A model generated the notes under the pieces. The model had not been told where the DNA came from and searched no databases. It saw only the letters and a list, made by a program, of their open reading frames with translations. This document shows positions 8,362-15,592 of a DNA stretch of 24,000 nucleotides, piece by piece. Every line of letters begins with the position of its first letter. Within the stretch, counting starts at the first letter, position 1. A program made the translations under genes and the position numbers. Source of the DNA: an archaeon (GTDB taxonomy: Archaea > Thermoproteota > Thermoprotei > Thermofilales > JAPDKD01); assembly GCA_029258735.1 (NCBI GenBank), contig JAPDKD010000054.1:878-24877 (forward strand). The letters are read 5' to 3'.

Positions 8362-8844
8362 ATGGACGTTTTCATAGTTGACGACGAAAAAATAGCAGAA
8401 GCGTTAGAAGACAAAGTAAGAATCGACATTCTAGTATTATTAAAGCATAAAGGAGAACTTCATGTAAACAAAATTTCTCAACTACTACATAAACACAGGT
8501 CAACTATAACTAGACACCTAACAAAGCTTATAGAAGCAGAATTAATCGAAAAAATTCCAACACAATCAGGCTACGTATATCGTCTAACAAACAGGGGTAA
8601 TAAAGTATTGGAGGGCCTTCAAGAGAGTGGTTTTACAGTACGAGTAAAACTACAAAAGCAGAGTAAACAAAAGCTATTTTACAATACAATAATTGTTGTT
8701 CTCGCAGTTTTGTTGCTTTATATTGTTATTACTCCTATAAGTATTCACGCATTAACTAGGATCATTATTATAGTGCCATTAGCATATATATTATATACAC
8801 TAATTAAAAAATCAAAGGAAACGCCCGCCTCAAAACAAGATTAG
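8362..8844 (+). CDS. ArsR-like wHTH regulator with two C-terminal TM helices
   Basis: 160 aa. The wHTH is VRIDILVLLKHKGELHVNKISQLLHKHRSTITRHLTKLIEAELIEK. The hydrophobic segments are LFYNTIIVVLAVLLLYIVITPISI and IIIIVPLAYILYTLI. Confidence 0.65.
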   Translation: MDVFIVDDEKIAEALEDKVRIDILVLLKHKGELHVNKISQLLHKHRSTITRHLTKLIEAELIEKIPTQSGYVYRLTNRGNKVLEGLQESGFTVRVKLQKQSKQKLFYNTIIVVLAVLLLYIVITPISIHALTRIIIIVPLAYILYTLIKKSKETPASKQD

Positions 8845-9754
8845 TAACATAGCTAATGTAAAACAGAGCAAACACTATAAGAAGTGCCCGGTCCAGCGGG
8901 AGATGCTTAAATATAGATATTGTAGAAGCTAAATACGTCAAAGTCAGAACTTGAAGAGTTCTGTAAATAATATATGATACAAGCAGATAGTCCACCGAAA
9001 AAGCCGCAGCAATAACAGGTATTAATGTATTCTCAAGAAGGGAAAAAGAGAAAATCGGCAAAAACGCTACGAGCGTAGCAGAAAGTATCTCCCACTCCCA
9101 CTCTCTATGGCCCAAGAGACGGCATATAAGATCTAAGAGAGCCGTAACCCCAAGCCAGCTAACTAAAAGTTTTACAACCAACCATAGAGGCCTAGGCAGC
9201 GATACAACGCCTAGATTCACCAATTCAGCAGGACTCTGATTATATTTTCTACTAAGTTCAAATAACGTTAAATCCAAGTTACCAAGGTTAACGAGGACTA
9301 TAGCCATAGAAAATGTTATCAGCATAGCTATGCTTGCCAAACGTTCATCTTTATACATGCTTATGAAAATTGCCTCAGGGAAAATTATTTTTCTAAGATA
9401 GTTTTGATAGAAACGATATAGCTTGCTTTTAGGCCTCAATGTGTGTTCAATTCTCCTAGATTCTTCCCTAATAATATTGTAAAGTATTTTCCCTCTTTCG
9501 GTGAGAACATACCTTTTATTAGCGTCCTTTTCAACGTAACCCTGCAACGCGTCGAGATTATAATAAAGATTCCCAACGCTTATCTTCAGAGCCTTTCTAA
9601 GCTCGCTGAAAGATGCTCCATTACGTTGTCCCAAAAAAAGTATAATTGTTCGCCTATTCTGGTTTCCTAATACATTATATAAGTCATCAGGGCTGATCTC
9701 GTATGAGCTTACACGTGAATTTTCGCGAGGCATAGCTACGTCACGCTTGAACAC
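8804..9754 (-). CDS. wHTH (ArsR-like) regulator fused to a polytopic membrane domain (about 5-6 TM)
   Basis: 316 aa. N-terminal LGNQNRRTIILFLGQRNGASFSELRKALKISVGNLYYNLDALQGYVEKD, followed by multiple hydrophobic helices. The start is GTG 9754 or ATG 9733. The 3' end overlaps the convergent wHTH gene by 41 nt. Confidence 0.6.
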   Translation of the reverse strand: MFKRDVAMPRENSRVSSYEISPDDLYNVLGNQNRRTIILFLGQRNGASFSELRKALKISVGNLYYNLDALQGYVEKDANKRYVLTERGKILYNIIREESRRIEHTLRPKSKLYRFYQNYLRKIIFPEAIFISMYKDERLASIAMLITFSMAIVLVNLGNLDLTLFELSRKYNQSPAELVNLGVVSLPRPLWLVVKLLVSWLGVTALLDLICRLLGHREWEWEILSATLVAFLPIFSFSLLENTLIPVIAAAFSVDYLLVSYIIYRTLQVLTLTYLASTISIFKHLPLDRALLIVFALFYISYVTNLVLRRAFPLIF

Positions 9755-9905
9755 AAACTGCCTTATTTCCCATTGCGGAAGGTGAATAATAAGTTTTTAC
9801 GCGTCTTTGTATAAAACTTAATTATAAATTCTTGGTAGCAGAATTAACTTAAGAGCGGATAATTCGTGAAATATGATGCTGGTTATTAGATAATGGGGTG
9901 GGAAA

Positions 9906-10112
9906 ATGCGTTCGAAAGTGAAAGGTATACTAATCGTGGTTTTTGCTTTGATTTTTTTAGGAGTTTACATTTTGTCTTATGTAAAACTTTTTGTAGAGCC
10001 GATAAAAGATTCAAAGATGTATCTTAGCATTTTACTCCTCCCCCTGCTAGCGGGTGTTATCATTTTCTGTATTTATACTTTATGGATTGGCGTATCAATG
10101 ATGAAATCTTAG
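9906..10112 (+). CDS. small membrane protein (2 TM)
   Basis: 68 aa. GGGGTG lies just upstream of the ATG. It has two clear hydrophobic helices. Confidence 0.4.
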   Translation: MRSKVKGILIVVFALIFLGVYILSYVKLFVEPIKDSKMYLSILLLPLLAGVIIFCIYTLWIGVSMMKS

Positions 10113-10122
10113 ATTTACTTGG

Positions 10123-10830
10123 CTATTGCTCATAGGTACTATTATAAAATTGAAGTAGCACGTTGTACTCGTTAATTAGTTCTTGAGGTATCTTATATAT
10201 TGATTTATCATAAGGTATGAGGAAGATATCATTGTAAAATTCTCGGGAAAGGAACCTTAAAACATTATAGTAGTTAATCCTTCCTTTTTTCAAAATTTTA
10301 ATTTTTTTCTTGCCTTTTTCTTCAAAATTGGCGGCTTCTATCATTTTTACTAAGCGCATAGATGATCTTAATGCTTCTTTTAATTCATGCGTCGATGTTA
10401 AAGCATCAGGTGTTATTTTCACCCAAAGAACTCCGCCGATTTTGTCTAACAAGGTATTTTTTACTTTCTCTACATTTCTGGGAGCCGCTTCTATGCATAA
10501 ATTATTCTTGTAACTTGAAAATAAGTCAAATAGAGAGTTTAGTTCACGCTTTAAAATTTTTAAAGGTATATTGGCAGCGATATATCTAATTTTGAGCTCG
10601 TCAGCAATGATAAGAGTTCTCTCTAAAACATCGCGACTATAGCTATGCATGTACAATTGTAGGGCATAATACGGCATATCTAGGAAAAATAGGGTATCTA
10701 CGATTTCGCTTACGCCTTTCTCTTCGATCTCAGTATCTGCGATTTGAGGTACAACTGGTATCTTAAAGATTTCTAAATATCTGTTAACTATTTCCAGGTC
10801 TTGTAGCCGCATTTTTACTACTAGCTTCAT
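10123..10830 (-). CDS. hypothetical protein (weak resemblance to the xylose-isomerase-like TIM-barrel pattern)
   Basis: 235-aa ORF with no recognisable catalytic motif. The alternating strand/helix pattern (IIADELKIRYIAANIP, NNLCIEAAP, VLWVKITPDA) is only suggestive. Confidence 0.4.
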   Translation of the reverse strand: MKLVVKMRLQDLEIVNRYLEIFKIPVVPQIADTEIEEKGVSEIVDTLFFLDMPYYALQLYMHSYSRDVLERTLIIADELKIRYIAANIPLKILKRELNSLFDLFSSYKNNLCIEAAPRNVEKVKNTLLDKIGGVLWVKITPDALTSTHELKEALRSSMRLVKMIEAANFEEKGKKKIKILKKGRINYYNVLRFLSREFYNDIFLIPYDKSIYKIPQELINEYNVLLQFYNSTYEQ

Positions 10831-10960
10831 TACCGCACTGAAAATTTCCTAGAAATATACGCTTAAAAGAGTTTCCATAGCACCCACGCTTAAGAGAAAT
10901 AATACGGGAGTATTACTTCTGTAGATTTTTAGTTTATATTTTGTTTTTGCTAGATAAGTT

Positions 10961-10969
10961 TTTTATAAA
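10961..10969 (+). promoter_or_regulatory. TATA box (TTTTATAAA)
   Basis: Centred about 22-34 nt upstream of the TTG 10987 and GTG 10999 candidate starts. Consistent with a leaderless or short-leader transcript. Confidence 0.4.
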
Positions 10970-10986
10970 GTAAAAAGCTGAAAAGT

Positions 10987-11421
10987 TTGGGGTTAAAAGT
11001 GTCGTATGTACTAGAAGAGTACGACGGGTTCGGTCAGCTACTTGCCAGCATAGATAATAGAATCAAGGACCTGCAGCAAAAGTATAATGCGCTTTCGCAG
11101 AGGCAGCAAGCGCTCAGCGTCCAAGCTGAGAGAATAAGGAGGCTAGAAGAAGCGCTAAGCAAACTAGTCGGCAGCGAGATTAAAAGCATTAGGGAAATAG
11201 ATTTCATGGGGCTGAAAGTAGTGGTGGGGGCTAGAGTAGTTGATGAGCTAGCTGTAGTAGAGGAAGTTTTAACCTCAGTGTCAGATACTCTAATGGCCCT
11301 ACAGAAGGTTCGAGACGTAATAGACCAGCTAGCAAAATCCGTAGGCGAAAGTAGCGGAATAAAAATCTTAGTAGAAGCTATTAACGGCATACCTGTACGG
11401 CTACTTCTACGTGAAACTTAA
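10987..11421 (+). CDS. cytoplasmic coiled-coil protein (coil - short beta segment - coil)
   Basis: 144 aa. Heptad-rich N-terminal (IKDLQQKYNALSQRQQALSVQAERIRRLEEALSKL) and C-terminal helices. No signal peptide. The stop overlaps the next ATG (TAATG at 11419-11423). The start is TTG 10987 or GTG 10999. Confidence 0.5.
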   Translation: MGLKVSYVLEEYDGFGQLLASIDNRIKDLQQKYNALSQRQQALSVQAERIRRLEEALSKLVGSEIKSIREIDFMGLKVVVGARVVDELAVVEEVLTSVSDTLMALQKVRDVIDQLAKSVGESSGIKILVEAINGIPVRLLLRET

Positions 11422-13916
11422 TGAAACTTAGACGTACAGCGATTTTTCTCAATATAGCTCTAATTTTCTTTTTAGTTCCTTTAAATGCCTTTGTTGCGAA
11501 CTCCAGCCCTGACGAGTTCACATTAAAACGCCTAAGACTTAATGCACAAGTAACCGCCGTATGCAAAGCTGATAGATACGGAGTTGCTATACTAGGCCTC
11601 GAAAACGGCACTATTCTAGCTTTAGGTAAAAACGTAATAAGGCACTTAACTGCAATACACGCTAAACCCCTGGCATGCGATTTTGCTGAGGAGTCAAGCA
11701 AGCTTATTGTATCAGCTAGCGATGGAAGCCTAGTACTAATATCTTTGAACTCTAATATAGAAGCTGTTAGCACGTCTTTGCTGCGACTTTTACCAGGGGA
11801 TGAAACTATTAAAAATGTAGCTGTATCTCAGGATGCGCGGTTCGCGGTTCTACGGGTAATTTACACTTATCATGAAAGAGAGGCCGAAAAGCTTGTATTT
11901 ATTGATATGATAAAAAGGCATATAGTGGCTGTAAGAGACGCGGATAGCACACCTAGCTTAGTGAGAATATTCTATTTTAAAAGAGTTGGAGATGTTCTTC
12001 TTCTACAAACACTAGATACATTCTGCGAACTTTGCGAATATACTGACAATCTTATTGAAGCCTATAATTTATCAAGCCTTAAAAGACTTTATTGGGAGAA
12101 AATAGGACTTTCTCTAGAGGCAGTTTCTGAAGTAAGTGACAAACTGACATTATTTAAACTTTTACCCGAAAATGGTAAATATAATGTCTTAATTTTAAAC
12201 TATAAAAGCGGGAAAATTTTATCTAAATTTAAAGTTGATTATGAACCGCAACAAATATTATTTTTCGATCAATATCTAGCTTTCATTAAAGATGCGTCAA
12301 TAAACATTTACGACCTTAAGGGCGCAATCAAAAAAACAATAAAAATACCGATTTCCTCTAGAGCATGCAGTAGCGATGGCTTTTTATTCATAGCTTCTCC
12401 AGCGTCAATAGAAATTTACGACAAAAAATTCAGCATAAGATATGAGGCCTCGATAGAATATAAGCCTCCGCCAAAGCCATGTTATTTATGCGTCGCCTTT
12501 CCGGGCGCGGCACTAATAGTATATCATGATAAAAAGACTGTTTATATTGTTTCAAGGCTTACCCAGATTTTATTCGAGGCGTTAATTCTTGACGAAGAAG
12601 AAAATCTTGTGCAAAATGCCCATATAGAACTTTTTGATGAGAAAGGCCTATTATTATATGCTGGAAGGTCTGGAAGTGATGGGAAAATTGCTGCCGTAAT
12701 TGATCTTAATAAGTCATTAACAGAATTGATTAAAATAAAAGTATTTAAAAAGGGATTTGGAAATAAAACCTTGTGGGTAAAGCTCGAGAACGAATCTTTA
12801 TCTTTAAAGATAAGGATAGAAAAAACAAAGCAAGTATTTCAACTAATGATAAAGGTTCTTGACGAAGATAAAAATCCCGTAAAAAACGCATTTGTAGCTA
12901 TCTACACAGCTGATCAAAAATACGTAGATGGAGGTTTATCTAATCAAAACGGAATAGTTTCCTTTAATCTAAGCGAGGGAAGATATAGAGTCAAAGTTAC
13001 AAAACAGAACTTTTACGAAAAAGAAGAATTAGTTGACATATCTTCTAGCGAATCTCCAATAGAAAAGGTAGTAATTCTGAGAAAGCGAAAGCCCTATCTT
13101 ACAGTTACTCTACCTACAAATAGCAGCATCACGCATTTAATTATATCTGGACCTGATTTTGAGCGAAAGATTGAAAACATTACGCAGAATATTTACGTGC
13201 TGCCCCTTTCAGATGTAGGCTACTATTTCATAAAAGTATTTGCAAAATGTGGGTCGAAAAACTACGAAATTTACGTTGAACAAAACGTAACAATAAATAT
13301 AGAACAAATTAAATGCTATGGACATAACGCCTCCTTAGGCAAAAGAAAAGATGAGCTTCTCGACCAAATAAAAGATGAATTATCAAAACATGTAATTCAC
13401 CTAGAAGAGAAAGAGATTCCAATATCCGGGGTTCTTACCTCATACGATGGAACCTTTGTGTTGGATTTGAATGCAAGAGACGAGATTATAATCTTAGAGT
13501 TGTTTTACACTAAGTGCTGGGGATGCGAAAAACTAATACCTTTAATAAACAACCTCTCAAAAACTTACAATACAATTATTGGAGGCATGGTTACAATTTA
13601 TCAAACTGATAGTGATCAGGATATTGAAGAATACATTAAAACACACAACGTTGAGGTTCCAGTGTTTAGGGACACCCTAAGTTTAAAGGAGAAAGTTGGA
13701 GTTAGTGTTGTACCAGCAGTAATTGTAATAGTGGACGGCAAAATAAGGTTGATGGGTGTAGGAGCAAAAATTAACGAAAGCAACGCGTTTGCAAAGCCCA
13801 ATCTATCAGAACTAGTGGACTTGAATTCGCTTCCTAGAATATCATTTATAGTTGGTATGATATTTTTAATAGTGTTGAGTGCCTTCGGCAAGGTGAAACA
13901 AGAACATGAGGACTAA
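11421..13916 (+). CDS. large membrane-anchored surface protein: signal/anchor, beta-propeller-like repeats, 2 CarboxypepD_reg-like domains, TlpA/ResA-like thioredoxin (CWGC), C-terminal TM
   Basis: 831 aa. N-terminal MKLRRTAIFLNIALIFFLVPLNAFVA. About 8 strand-[DN]G-strand repeats. NAFVAIYTADQKYVDGGLSNQNGIVSFNLSEGRYRVKVTKQNFYEKEE matches the CarboxypepD_reg pattern. ELFYTKCWGCEKLIP is the thioredoxin motif (CWGC at nt 13515-13526). The C-terminal TM is ISFIVGMIFLIVLSAFG. Confidence 0.8.
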   Translation: MKLRRTAIFLNIALIFFLVPLNAFVANSSPDEFTLKRLRLNAQVTAVCKADRYGVAILGLENGTILALGKNVIRHLTAIHAKPLACDFAEESSKLIVSASDGSLVLISLNSNIEAVSTSLLRLLPGDETIKNVAVSQDARFAVLRVIYTYHEREAEKLVFIDMIKRHIVAVRDADSTPSLVRIFYFKRVGDVLLLQTLDTFCELCEYTDNLIEAYNLSSLKRLYWEKIGLSLEAVSEVSDKLTLFKLLPENGKYNVLILNYKSGKILSKFKVDYEPQQILFFDQYLAFIKDASINIYDLKGAIKKTIKIPISSRACSSDGFLFIASPASIEIYDKKFSIRYEASIEYKPPPKPCYLCVAFPGAALIVYHDKKTVYIVSRLTQILFEALILDEEENLVQNAHIELFDEKGLLLYAGRSGSDGKIAAVIDLNKSLTELIKIKVFKKGFGNKTLWVKLENESLSLKIRIEKTKQVFQLMIKVLDEDKNPVKNAFVAIYTADQKYVDGGLSNQNGIVSFNLSEGRYRVKVTKQNFYEKEELVDISSSESPIEKVVILRKRKPYLTVTLPTNSSITHLIISGPDFERKIENITQNIYVLPLSDVGYYFIKVFAKCGSKNYEIYVEQNVTINIEQIKCYGHNASLGKRKDELLDQIKDELSKHVIHLEEKEIPISGVLTSYDGTFVLDLNARDEIIILELFYTKCWGCEKLIPLINNLSKTYNTIIGGMVTIYQTDSDQDIEEYIKTHNVEVPVFRDTLSLKEKVGVSVVPAVIVIVDGKIRLMGVGAKINESNAFAKPNLSELVDLNSLPRISFIVGMIFLIVLSAFGKVKQEHED

Positions 13917-13998
13917 GAAGCTGCTTTCAATCCTAATAACTCTTCTCTTCCTATTCTCTGTTATAGCTACAGCTTTGCTATTAGTGTTTAAGCCGTAA
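13906..13998 (+). CDS. candidate 30-aa single-TM micro-protein (MRTKKLLSILITLLFLFSVIATALLLVFKP)
   Basis: Not in the ORF track because it is too short. The ATG at 13906 overlaps the last 11 nt of the 831-aa gene in another frame. It has a basic N-terminus plus one hydrophobic helix, and a TAA stop at 13996-13998. Confidence 0.3.
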   Translation: MRTKKLLSILITLLFLFSVIATALLLVFKP

Positions 13999-14017
13999 GT
14001 TGACTTAGCAGTAAGTA

Positions 14018-14025
14018 TTTATAGA
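14018..14025 (+). promoter_or_regulatory. TATA box (TTTATAGA)
   Basis: Centred about 27 nt upstream of GTG 14049. Fits a leaderless eS25 mRNA. Confidence 0.45.
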
Positions 14026-14048
14026 AAAAGGGTAAAGCGTCTCTATAG

Positions 14049-14393
14049 GTGAGGAAGTTGGGAGGAAGGAAGAAGCCAACAATTTCACAGTTGGAGAAGA
14101 GGACAAAACGACAGGCACGAGAGAAGGAGAAAAAACGTGAAAGAAAGTTTGAAATGGTTCTAGATACTTCGGGCAGGCTTACTCAGGCTTCAATCGACCA
14201 AATAATTGGCGAGATAAGGCGAATGCGGTATGTTACGCCATATGTTATCGCGTCAAAATTTGGCTTAAAAATTAGTAGAGCACGCAGAATCCTGAGAAGA
14301 TTATCAGAGGAGGGTGTTGTAAAGGTTTATGACTATAATAGGAGAGTGCCTATTTACGTTCCCGTTAAAGGAGGTCAGAAAGGTAAACTTTAG
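14049..14393 (+). CDS. rps25e: 30S ribosomal protein eS25 (S25e)
   Basis: A basic N-terminus (GGRKKPTISQLEKRTKRQAREKEKK) followed by a winged helix (YVTPYVIASKFGLKISRARRILRRLSEEGVVKVY), typical of archaeal S25e. The start is GTG 14049 or TTG 14058. Confidence 0.85.
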   Translation: MRKLGGRKKPTISQLEKRTKRQAREKEKKRERKFEMVLDTSGRLTQASIDQIIGEIRRMRYVTPYVIASKFGLKISRARRILRRLSEEGVVKVYDYNRRVPIYVPVKGGQKGKL

Positions 14394-15114
14394 GCTTTTT
14401 CCGGTATTCCTTTTTTAAGTTAATTACTCCAAGTCTAGTTCTTTCAATAAAACCCATACTTGAAAGCTTTTCTATAACTTCTTCGGGATTTTCCACTTTC
14501 ATTCCTTTAAGATCTTCTTTGAATCTAATTTCGCCTACGCTCCAATAAGTAAGTAGATATTTTAGCGCCTTGCGAATGTTCTCGTCTGGCAGTGAATTAA
14601 GATCAATCTCGTAGGCTTCTTGTTTAATATTTTCTTTTTTTGGAGGTCTCTCGCTGATTTCTTTAGTTTTCTTTTCTTCGGTTTCTTTTTTCTTGGGTTC
14701 CTCAAAAAATGTTAGAAGGGACTTTGTTGCGGCTGGTGGTTTCTCTCTTTCTAACCGCTTTTTTTGCGTTTTTCTTTTTATCTTTCTCGGCTTTTTTATC
14801 CTCTCCTTTTTCCTTATTGAAGGCTTTTCCGCAATTAATTTCAGTTCTTTTCTTTCTTCTCTTTTTTCTTGTGTTTTGAGCGATATTTCCTTGGGTATGC
14901 TTATTTTTAAATCCTCATCGACTATGATGGTGTCTTCTGAGGTTATGATTCTTTTTTCCTTTTTAAGGTCATTTATTAATAAGTATAGTGTTAACGGCGA
15001 TATTTTATGTTTGCGCGTCCATTCTAGGAGAAAATCATATGTTATCTTCTTATGCTGAAGAATTTGATTGTATAACTCTTTAAGTAGAGCCTCGTATTCT
15101 CCGTTTTTATTCAT
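14365..15114 (-). CDS. hypothetical protein: N-terminal and C-terminal winged-helix-like domains joined by a long K/E-rich linker
   Basis: 249 aa. N-terminal LLEWTRKHKISPLTLYLLINDLKKEKRI. Central KKERIKKPRKIKRKTQKKRLEREK...KKKETEEKKTKE. C-terminal IRKALKYLLTYWSVGEIRF...VIEKLSSMGFIERT. The start overlaps the stop of the upstream gene (ATGAATAA). Confidence 0.55.
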   Translation of the reverse strand: MNKNGEYEALLKELYNQILQHKKITYDFLLEWTRKHKISPLTLYLLINDLKKEKRIITSEDTIIVDEDLKISIPKEISLKTQEKREERKELKLIAEKPSIRKKERIKKPRKIKRKTQKKRLEREKPPAATKSLLTFFEEPKKKETEEKKTKEISERPPKKENIKQEAYEIDLNSLPDENIRKALKYLLTYWSVGEIRFKEDLKGMKVENPEEVIEKLSSMGFIERTRLGVINLKKEYRKKPKVYLSDLL

Positions 15115-15460
15115 TGGTGGTGCCCTTTGCGTTGCTTTGCGGCGGTAATATCTTTATTAGTCCTTTGCTTGCTAGCATGCCTAAAAATGTTAGCATTGAT
15201 GTTTCAGCCTCTTTCCAGTGCAGGTCGTATTTGTCTGCTAATCTTTCTATGAGGTTTTCAACAGTTGTTCCTTGGCCGATTTGTTTCCAGACAAAAGTTC
15301 CTATTTCATCTAGTTTTATTTTTCTCTCTTTCGGCGTTGGGACAAGGCCGCTGAAAAGGCTTTTAGAACTATTATTTGACTTTAATTTTATTATTAATGT
15401 AATAATACCATCTTCTTCTATCCATTCAATATTTTCTGATCTTTTAACGATGCTTTTCAT
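15107..15460 (-). CDS. PqqD-family / RRE-like (RiPP recognition element-like) protein
   Basis: 117 aa. KLDEIGTFVWKQIGQGTTVENLIERLADKYDLHWKEAETSMLTFLGMLASKGLIKIL follows the PqqD pattern (Ln.tg..iW.l.dG..tv.ei...l...y.v..e.a..dv..fl..L...gli). Confidence 0.55.
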   Translation of the reverse strand: MKSIVKRSENIEWIEEDGIITLIIKLKSNNSSKSLFSGLVPTPKERKIKLDEIGTFVWKQIGQGTTVENLIERLADKYDLHWKEAETSMLTFLGMLASKGLIKILPPQSNAKGTTNE

Positions 15461-15592
15461 TATGACTTCTCTAGGTATTTCAACTCTGGCAGGCCTCTTT
15501 TTCTTAAAGAATCTAATGTTTCATCCCCAATATTGTTAAGAGGTGGATACTCTAAAATATAATTTTAAAGAATATTTAAAAATTTAAGGTAT

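Noticed and set aside
9827-9845. Inverted repeat AATTCT-N7-AGAATT in the 9755-9905 divergent spacer
   Set aside because: A 6-bp A+T-rich inverted repeat is expected by chance in spacers of this composition. It is a possible autoregulatory operator, but there is no supporting evidence.
10098-10104. Perfect box-C sequence ATGATGA at the end of the small membrane-protein gene
   Set aside because: No CUGA or CAGA box D/D' and no C' box within 70 nt downstream on that strand. It simply encodes …SMMKS.
10859-10898. Direct repeat ACGCTTAA(A)AGAG / ACGCTTAAGAGAA spaced 27 nt apart in the 10831-10986 spacer
   Set aside because: Only about 8 nt match exactly. It could be a regulator half-site pair, but I cannot distinguish that from chance without comparative data.
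11034-11773. Two minus-strand ORFs (118 and 130 aa) opposite the coiled-coil gene and the start of the surface-protein gene
   Set aside because: The products are Ser/Thr/Leu-rich with no motifs. The plus-strand genes have coherent domain structure and a coupled TAATG junction.
14693-15058. 121-aa plus-strand ORF opposite the K/E-rich gene
   Set aside because: Its poly-Phe/Ser/Leu product is the antisense reading of AAG/GAA-rich codons, so it is a shadow ORF.
15114-15539. 141-aa plus-strand ORF opposite the PqqD-like gene
   Set aside because: This is a shadow ORF. The minus-strand frame gives a recognisable PqqD pattern and a coupled stop/start with the next gene. The plus-frame product is hydrophobic and low-complexity.
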